Part shown: one piece after another, positions 17,762-24,228 of the stretch
Position numbering within the stretch: the stretch's first letter is position 1
Layout of the letters: each line of letters starts with the position of its first letter
NCBI GenBank assembly: GCA_024102915.1
Contig: JAGFJG010000016.1
Location: 22,263 to 86,262, forward strand
Source of the DNA: Caldilineales bacterium
GTDB taxonomy: Bacteria > Chloroflexota > Anaerolineae > J102
Direction of reading: 5' to 3'
DNA length: 64,000 nt
Made by a program: the position numbers and the translations under genes
The notes under the pieces: generated by a model
What the model saw: only the letters and a program-made list of their open reading frames with translations
The model's database searches: none
Told to the model about the DNA's origin: nothing

Positions 17762-19702
17762 ATGACTTACCTCCATGACATCCCGCTCGACGAAGCGATC
17801 GCTGCCTGGCATGGGGCGCTGCTCGAAATTGGGGCGCTGCGGCGGCTATCGTCCGAATCTCTGCCGGTGGCGGAAGCCAATGGCCGCATCACGGCGGCGC
17901 CGGTGTGGGCGCGCATCTCGGTTCCGCATTATCACGCGGCGGCGATGGACGGCTATGCCGTGCGGGCGACCGAAACGGTGGGGGCCACGCTCACGCGTCC
18001 CCTGCGGCTGGAATTGGGAACTCAGGCCGCCTATGTCGATACCGGCGACCCGATCCCCGCCCAGTTCGACGCCGTCATCCCGATCGAAGAAGCGCAACGG
18101 CTGGAAACTGAACCCGGCCCGGTGATCGAAATCCTGGCCGCCGTCACGCCCTGGAATCATGTGCGCACCATGGGCGAAGATATCGTCGCCACCGAACTGG
18201 TCGTGCCCGCCAACCATCGCCTGCGCCCGCAAGATTTGGGGGCGATTGCGGGCAGCGGCCACAGCGAGGTGCAGGTTTATCGTCGCCCTCGCATTGCCAT
18301 CCTGCCCACCGGCACCGAACTGGTCGCGCCGGGCTCCGACCTGAAACCGGGCGATATCATCGAATTCAACTCCATCATCCTCTCGGCCATGGCCCAGGAT
18401 TGGAACGCTTGCGCCAATCGTCTGCCCATGCTGGCCGACGATTACGAGGCGATCAAAAAAACCGTGATCGCCGCTCTGGAAGACCATGATCTGGTGGTGG
18501 TCAACGCCGGATCGTCAGCCGGTTCCGAGGATTACACGGCTCGCATTATCGCCGAATTGGGCGAGGTGCAGGTGCATGGCATCGCCATCCGCCCCGGCCA
18601 TCCCGTCGTTTTGGGTCACGCTCGCGGCAAACCGGTGGTGGGCATCCCCGGCTATCCGGTCAGCGCCATGATCACATTCGAATTGCTGGTCAAGCCGCTC
18701 TTGCAGCAATGGATGGGCCAGGAGCCACAAGCCTGGCCCACCGTGCAGGCGACGATCACACGCAAGGTGCTGTCGCCCATGGGCCAGGATGAGTACATGC
18801 GCGTGACGCTGGGCCGCGTGGAGAATGCGGCGGGTGATGCCCGCATCGTGGCCACGCCCCTTTCGCGCGGGGCTGGCGTGATCATGTCGATGGTGAGGGC
18901 CGACGGCATCGCCCACATCCCCCGCTTTTCGGAGGGACTGAACGCCGGTGACCCGGTGACGGTGGAATTGCTGCGCCCGCCCGGCGTCATCGACCAGACT
19001 ATCGTGCATCTGGGTAGCCACGATCTCACCCTCGACCTGTTGGCGGATCAACTGCGCCGACTGCACCCCAACCGTTCGTTTAGCTCCGGCAACGTGGGAT
19101 CGCTCAGCGGTCTGCTGGCGTTGCGCCGGGGAGAAGCGCATCTGGCCGGGTCGCATCTGCTGGATGCCGAGACCGGGGAATACAACCTCAGCTACATTCG
19201 CCGTTATTTGTCGGATGAGCCGGTCGTCGTCCTGGGGTTTGTGGGGCGCACTCAGGGACTGATCACGCCGCCGGGGAACCCGAAGGCGCTGGCCGGGTTG
19301 GCAGACCTTGTGCGATCAGATATCGTTTATGTCAATCGCCAGCGCGGGGCAGGTACGCGGGTGTTGCTCGATTATCATCTACAAAATCTGGGGATCGATC
19401 CAGCCGGGATACAGGGCTATGATCGGGTGGAGTTCACACATCTGGCCGTGGCCGCCGCCGTCGCCAGCGGAGCCGCCGATTGCGGTTTGGGCATCCTGGC
19501 CGCAGCCCGGGCTTTGCATCTGGATTTCATCCCGCTGTTCGAGGAACAATACCAGTTGATTATCCCCCGCCGCTTTTACGAATCCGACCTGCTGGCCCCC
19601 CTGCTGGAGATCATCCGCAGCGAGGGCTTCCGGCAGGCCGTCTCGGCATTGGGCGGGTATGACGTTGGGCATATGGGCGAGATTCTGGCCAGCATTGATT
19701 AG
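17762..19702 (+). CDS. MoeA-family protein fused to a C-terminal periplasmic-binding-protein-like (PBP-like) domain
   Basis: The first ~410 aa are a second MoeA (LVVVNAGSSAGSEDY...). The last ~235 aa (TIVHLGSHDLTLDLLADQL...YVNRQRGAGTRVLLD...) resemble a type-2 PBP / LysR-substrate-like fold. Confidence 0.75.
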   Translation: MTYLHDIPLDEAIAAWHGALLEIGALRRLSSESLPVAEANGRITAAPVWARISVPHYHAAAMDGYAVRATETVGATLTRPLRLELGTQAAYVDTGDPIPAQFDAVIPIEEAQRLETEPGPVIEILAAVTPWNHVRTMGEDIVATELVVPANHRLRPQDLGAIAGSGHSEVQVYRRPRIAILPTGTELVAPGSDLKPGDIIEFNSIILSAMAQDWNACANRLPMLADDYEAIKKTVIAALEDHDLVVVNAGSSAGSEDYTARIIAELGEVQVHGIAIRPGHPVVLGHARGKPVVGIPGYPVSAMITFELLVKPLLQQWMGQEPQAWPTVQATITRKVLSPMGQDEYMRVTLGRVENAAGDARIVATPLSRGAGVIMSMVRADGIAHIPRFSEGLNAGDPVTVELLRPPGVIDQTIVHLGSHDLTLDLLADQLRRLHPNRSFSSGNVGSLSGLLALRRGEAHLAGSHLLDAETGEYNLSYIRRYLSDEPVVVLGFVGRTQGLITPPGNPKALAGLADLVRSDIVYVNRQRGAGTRVLLDYHLQNLGIDPAGIQGYDRVEFTHLAVAAAVASGAADCGLGILAAARALHLDFIPLFEEQYQLIIPRRFYESDLLAPLLEIIRSEGFRQAVSALGGYDVGHMGEILASID

Positions 19703-19761
19703 TACGATGAATCGTGCTATCATTGCCCTGTCAATCGTACTCTTTTTATGTGAGATAAACT

Positions 19762-20031
19762 ATGACTGTGATGACGGCCAACGAGTTGAAAACCAAGGGA
19801 GTCTCCGGCATCGAAGAATCCTTGCGTGAGGCGCGCGAGGTCATTGTCAGCGTCAGGGGCAAGCCCCGCTACGTGGTGATGGAGATCGAACAATATGAGC
19901 TGATGCGCGAGAGTGAAATCGAAGCGGCGTGGTATCAGGCCAAGGCTGATATAAAAGCGGGTCGATTTCAGCGAGAAACAGCAGAGGCGCACGCGAATCG
20001 AATAATCGCCGAGCTAGATGATGACGTATGA
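19762..20031 (+). CDS. Type II antitoxin (Phd/YefM-like)
   Basis: 89-aa acidic protein immediately upstream of a RelE-like toxin gene and overlapping it by 14 nt. The N-terminus ...VIVSVRGKPRYVVMEIEQYE is typical of Phd/YefM-type antitoxins. Confidence 0.65.
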   Translation: MTVMTANELKTKGVSGIEESLREAREVIVSVRGKPRYVVMEIEQYELMRESEIEAAWYQAKADIKAGRFQRETAEAHANRIIAELDDDV

Positions 20032-20296
20032 GCTTATTTTCACCGAACAGTATGAGAAGATAGAAAAACGTTTTCTAAAACGTCACCCCGCTCTGCAAGA
20101 TCGATATGTAAAGACGCTCATCCTTCTCGAACAAGATCCATTCCACCCATCCTTGAGACTCCACGCACTCAAGGGTCGATTAACCGGTTTGCACTCAGCG
20201 TCCATCAATTTGCAATACCGCATCACCCTCGAATTGGAATTGCGAGAGCAGGAAATTATCCTCGTCAGTATCGGCAGTCACGGCGAAGTGTACTAA
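20018..20296 (+). CDS. Type II toxin, RelE/ParE/YafQ superfamily
   Basis: 92 aa. The pattern ...DPFHPSLRLHALKGRLTGLHSASINLQYRITLE...IILVSIGSHGEVY is characteristic of RelE/YafQ-type mRNA interferases. Confidence 0.75.
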   Translation: MMTYELIFTEQYEKIEKRFLKRHPALQDRYVKTLILLEQDPFHPSLRLHALKGRLTGLHSASINLQYRITLELELREQEIILVSIGSHGEVY

Positions 20297-20341
20297 AACG
20301 AGTTTCGTGTCCCCTAGGCCCGCTCAATTAATCTCCGACCT

Positions 20342-20656
20342 ATGACCTACACCTTCACAAAATGGAACTGGGGCGCCGATGTGCGTGAAGACGAGTTGCG
20401 CGCCCAAATGAATTCCGAGGGCCTGCGCCCGTATGTGTGGAGCAACGGCCCCGATTATGAGTACAGCGCCCACACGCATTCATACACCAAAGTGATCTAC
20501 GTCGTGCGAGGTTCGATCACTTTCATCCTGCCCGCCGCCAATGAAGAAATCGCCATGGCCGCGGGCGATCGTCTGGAATTGCCGGCGCGGGTCCTGCACG
20601 CGGCTATCGTCGGGCCGGAAGGGGTATCCTGCCTGGAAGCGGCGAAACGGGACTAG
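20342..20656 (+). CDS. Cupin-domain protein
   Basis: 104 aa with cupin motifs (AHTHSYTKVIYVVRGS ... GDRLELPARVLHAA). Confidence 0.7.
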   Translation: MTYTFTKWNWGADVREDELRAQMNSEGLRPYVWSNGPDYEYSAHTHSYTKVIYVVRGSITFILPAANEEIAMAAGDRLELPARVLHAAIVGPEGVSCLEAAKRD

Positions 20657-20665
20657 TTGAGTGGG

Positions 20666-20728
20666 CAGTATTCAGTAATCAGTGGTCAGTCATCGGTCTG
20701 CTGAATACTGATTACTGAATACTGGAAA
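20666..20728. repeat. Heptanucleotide tandem-repeat hairpin between convergent genes (probable bidirectional terminator)
   Basis: CAGTATT CAGTAAT CAGTGGT CAGTCAT CGGTCTG CTGAATA CTGATTA CTGAATA CTGGAAA. CAGTATTCAGTAATCAG (20666-20682) is perfectly complementary to CTGATTACTGAATACTG (20708-20724). Confidence 0.75.
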
Positions 20729-20733
20729 CCAAA

Positions 20734-21693
20734 CTACAGCTTCGCTTTGGCGGCGGCAGTGAGAGCAGGGACAACCTCAAACAGGTCGCCGACGATGCCG
20801 TAATTGGCGACGCTGAAGATGGGCGATTCGCTGTCTTTGTTGATGGCGACGATCACCTTGCTGGAACCCATGCCCGCCAGATGCTGCACCGCCCCGCTGA
20901 TGCCGCAGGCGATGTAGAGATCAGGGCGGACAACCTTGCCGGTCTGGCCGACCTGGTGCTTGTAGGGGATGAATCCGGCATCGACCGCGGCGCGGGATGC
21001 GCCGACCGCAGCGCCCAGGGTGTCGGCCAGTTCGCCGATCAGCTTGAAGCCGAGTTCGGGGTCCTTGGCCACGCCGCGCCCGCCGGAGACGATGATGCTG
21101 GCGTCGGTGAGGCTGATCTCGCCGGTCTCGGCTCGCTCGACGTTTTCGACGACGACCGGGCTGGCTCCGGCGGTCGGGGTCACCGCCGCCACTTCGGCGC
21201 TGCCGCCAATGTTCGGGGCGGGCGAAGCCGCGCGGGGCCGGATGGTGGCGATCTGTACCGGGCCGCTGGCCGTCGCATCCGCCAGGATGCTGCCGGAATA
21301 GATCGGGCGGACGCCCTTGAGTTTGCCGCCATCCGCGCTCAATGCCAGACAGTCGGCGATCACGCCTGCGCTCAGGTCAAAGCCCACGGCAGCGGCCAGG
21401 TCGCGGCCATTGCCGGTGTGCGAGGCCAGGAAAGCGTCCGCGCCGCTCTGCGATAAAACGGCTTTGACATCGGCGGCATAGAAGTCAAGGTCGAATAGGG
21501 CGCGGCTGGCATCGTCGATACTGTAGACTTTGCCCGCGCCGCGTGCGCCCGCTTCCGCCGCCACATCGGCCACGCCGGCGCCGATCACCAACGCTGCCAC
21601 TTCCCCGCCCAAAGTCAGGCCAGCGCCCAGAGCTTCCCAACTGCTGGCGACTGCTGCGCCGTTATCGGTTTCGATGAATACGAGGGTTTTCAT
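20734..21693 (-). CDS. etfA: Electron transfer flavoprotein alpha subunit
   Basis: C-terminal FAD-binding signature PDLYIACGISGAVQHLAGM. 319 aa, downstream of etfB. Confidence 0.9.
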   Translation of the reverse strand: MKTLVFIETDNGAAVASSWEALGAGLTLGGEVAALVIGAGVADVAAEAGARGAGKVYSIDDASRALFDLDFYAADVKAVLSQSGADAFLASHTGNGRDLAAAVGFDLSAGVIADCLALSADGGKLKGVRPIYSGSILADATASGPVQIATIRPRAASPAPNIGGSAEVAAVTPTAGASPVVVENVERAETGEISLTDASIIVSGGRGVAKDPELGFKLIGELADTLGAAVGASRAAVDAGFIPYKHQVGQTGKVVRPDLYIACGISGAVQHLAGMGSSKVIVAINKDSESPIFSVANYGIVGDLFEVVPALTAAAKAKL

Positions 21694-21720
21694 GATAGTT
21701 TCTCCATATTGGGCAATGGT

Positions 21721-21790
21721 CAGTATCCAGTATTCAGTGGTCAGTATTCAGTGAATGACCTACTGATTACTGCCAACTGTTCACTGATCA
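21721..21790. repeat. Heptanucleotide tandem-repeat hairpin in the etfB-etfA spacer
   Basis: CAGTATC CAGTATT CAGTGGT CAGTATT CAGTGAA TGACCTA CTGATTA CTGCCAA CTGTTCA CTGATCA. The last unit contains the etfB stop codon. Confidence 0.7.
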
Positions 21791-22540
21791 AAGCACCTTC
21801 TCTGCCAGCAGGGCGTCGATGAGGTCGGCGGCGTTGTCGAAAAGCTGTACGTGGGCATCGCGGGCCGGCGGCTTGCGGAAGTTCGTCATCTCCACCACCG
21901 GAGCCGGCGCACTCACGCCCAGATCGGAGGCGGTGAGAACCGGGATTTCCACTTTGGCGGCTTTGCGGATATTGATGAACGTGGGATAGCGCGGCTCGCC
22001 GATCTCTTTAATCACCGAGATCACCGCCGGGGTCGGGGCTTTGACCGTCTGACGGCTCTGCCCGACCACGCGCTCCACTGTCACGCTGCTTTCGTCGGCG
22101 GCGATGATCTTGGCGACGCCGGTGAGGACGGGCCAGCCCAGCTTGCGGGCGACCGCCACCGGCACCATGCCGCTGTTGCCGTCCACCGTCATCTGGCCGG
22201 TGACGATCAGCGTGACATCGCCGGATTTCTGCGCGGCGGCGGCCAATAGATCAGCCACGCCCCAGGCGTCCGCCGCGGCATCCTTAACCAGAGTGGCGTC
22301 CTTGCAGCCCATAGCCAGGGCGCTGCGCAGGGCTTCGACCGCACTATCGCCGCCGACGGTGATGGCGCTGGCCGTGCCGCCAAAATTCTCGCCCATTTGC
22401 AGCCCGGCTTCCAGCGCGTGCTCATCCCAGGGATTGACCACCAGTTGGATGCTGAGATCGCCGCTGGCCGCCTCTTCCGGCTTCACCTTGGGCAGCTCGG
22501 CCGTGTCTGGCGTTTGTTTGATACAAACAAGAAAGCGCAT
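21788..22540 (-). CDS. etfB: Electron transfer flavoprotein beta subunit
   Basis: 250 aa with a typical EtfB N-terminus (MRFLVCIKQTPDT...) and gene order acd-etfB-etfA. Confidence 0.9.
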   Translation of the reverse strand: MRFLVCIKQTPDTAELPKVKPEEAASGDLSIQLVVNPWDEHALEAGLQMGENFGGTASAITVGGDSAVEALRSALAMGCKDATLVKDAAADAWGVADLLAAAAQKSGDVTLIVTGQMTVDGNSGMVPVAVARKLGWPVLTGVAKIIAADESSVTVERVVGQSRQTVKAPTPAVISVIKEIGEPRYPTFINIRKAAKVEIPVLTASDLGVSAPAPVVEMTNFRKPPARDAHVQLFDNAADLIDALLAEKVL

Positions 22541-22642
22541 AGAAATATCTCCTTATGTTTGTAGGTGGGATGGTGGGATGGTTGGTTAGTTGGTTGGGAG
22601 GTCACCCAATCGATCATCTATCCAACGAACCAACTTCCAATC

Positions 22643-23857
22643 CTATTCTTCAGCTTGCCAATAGTCGGCATCATACGCGGGCAATTCGCAGCGCAGGGGC
22701 TTGTCTTCGCGATAGCCCAGCTCGTAATCCGCCTGGATGAGTTGCTGCAATTCACGCGTGCCCTCGTAGATCACCGCGCCCTTGCTATTGCGCAGGAAGC
22801 GCTCCGGATCGTATTCGTCCGAGAAGCCGTAAGCGCCGTGGATCTGGATGGCGTCGGAGGCGGAGTCGAAGCTGGCGTCGGTGCAGAACCATTTTGCCAG
22901 CGTAGTCTCGCGGGTGTTGCGCAGGCCCTGGTTCTTCATCCAACCGGCGCGGTAAACCAGCAATCGTCCGGCCTCCACCCGTTGCACCATCAGCGAGATC
23001 ATGCGCTTGACCAACTGATGCTCGCCGATCTCGACGCCAAAGGTTTTGCGCTGATGGGCATAGGCGACCGAGGCGTCCAACGAGGCCCGGGTGAGGCCCA
23101 GCGCCCCGGCGGCCACGGTGTAACGGCCATTGTCCAGGCAGGACATGGCGATCTTGAAACCCTCGCCCTCGTTGCCAATGCGATGGCTGGCCGGGACCCG
23201 CACTTCGTCGCAGTGCACCCAGCCGGTGTTGCCGGCCCGCACGCCCAGCTTGCCGTGGATGGGGCCGCTGGTCACGCCTGGCATATCGCGGGTGACCATG
23301 AAGGCGGTCATGCCCTTGTGCGCGGGTTTGGCCTGCGGGTCGGTCTTGGCGAACCACAGGAAATGGTCAGCCACGTCGGACAGGCTGATCCACATCTTTT
23401 CGCCGGAGATGATGTAATCGTCGCCATCCTTTTTGGCGCTGGAACGCAGGGCCACCACATCGGTGCCCGCGCCCGGCTCGGTCAGACAGAAGGCGGCGTA
23501 CTTTTCGCCGCGGGCCTGCGGGGCCAGGAACATCTGCTTCTGTTCTTCCGTGCCCCATTGGAACACGCCCAGCGAGTTGAGACCGTTGTGCACGGAGATG
23601 ATGACGCGAGCGCTGGTGTCGGCGTATTCCAGTTCCTCGGCCACGATGCCCAGGCTGATGTAGTCGAACCCGGCCCCGCCATAGCGCACCGGCACCGAGA
23701 TGCCCAGCAAGCCCGCCTCGGCCATCTTCGGCAACAATGTTTTGTCGAAGGTCTGATTGCGGTCGTTTTCTTTGATGTTGGGGATGATCTCGCGGGCGGC
23801 GAAGTCTCGTACGGCTTTGCGAACCTGTTCGTGTTCGGATGTGAAGGCGAAATCCAT
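22643..23857 (-). CDS. Acyl-CoA dehydrogenase (short/medium-chain type)
   Basis: Start trimmed to ATG 23857 ([20 protein letters not shown]...). ACAD motifs are present, including the C-terminal catalytic-Glu context AVIYEGT. Confidence 0.9.
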   Translation of the reverse strand: MDFAFTSEHEQVRKAVRDFAAREIIPNIKENDRNQTFDKTLLPKMAEAGLLGISVPVRYGGAGFDYISLGIVAEELEYADTSARVIISVHNGLNSLGVFQWGTEEQKQMFLAPQARGEKYAAFCLTEPGAGTDVVALRSSAKKDGDDYIISGEKMWISLSDVADHFLWFAKTDPQAKPAHKGMTAFMVTRDMPGVTSGPIHGKLGVRAGNTGWVHCDEVRVPASHRIGNEGEGFKIAMSCLDNGRYTVAAGALGLTRASLDASVAYAHQRKTFGVEIGEHQLVKRMISLMVQRVEAGRLLVYRAGWMKNQGLRNTRETTLAKWFCTDASFDSASDAIQIHGAYGFSDEYDPERFLRNSKGAVIYEGTRELQQLIQADYELGYREDKPLRCELPAYDADYWQAEE

Positions 23858-24228
23858 TGAACGCTCCGTTGCGTGTGTGCGATCAGGTGACTGGCACTTG
23901 ATTTTGACTACGAGGAATTGCTGAGAAAAGGGTGCTGCATCGACGCAAATGTCGTAGTGCCGGTCACCTTTTCTCAATTCATGACGCGCTGCATTATATC
24001 AGGCGGACGCGAGCGGCTGCAAAGAAATCCGCTTCCCTGTGGGGGTCGAGCTATTGGAAAATCGAGGTCTGCAACTGAATTCGCAGCTTCGCAATGAGTC
24101 TTGCGGGGGCGATCCCCCGCACCCCCCTTTTGGGGGATGTTACACTCCCCCAAACCCCCTCGAAAGGTCTGTGCGCAGGACAACACCTTACATGTCTACA
24201 GGGTTTACCTGAATTTTCAATTCGCAAT

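Noticed and set aside
17682-21790. Heptamer arrays as a possible CRISPR array
   Set aside because: The units are 7 nt with no spacers. The arrays are under 80 nt and are arranged as inverted arms. No cas genes are in the window.
22565-23860. 431-aa plus-strand ORF covering the acyl-CoA dehydrogenase gene
   Set aside because: It lies antisense to a gene with unmistakable ACAD motifs. The translation is low-complexity (Ala/Gly/His/Arg/Val-rich), which is typical of stop-poor antisense frames in high-GC DNA.
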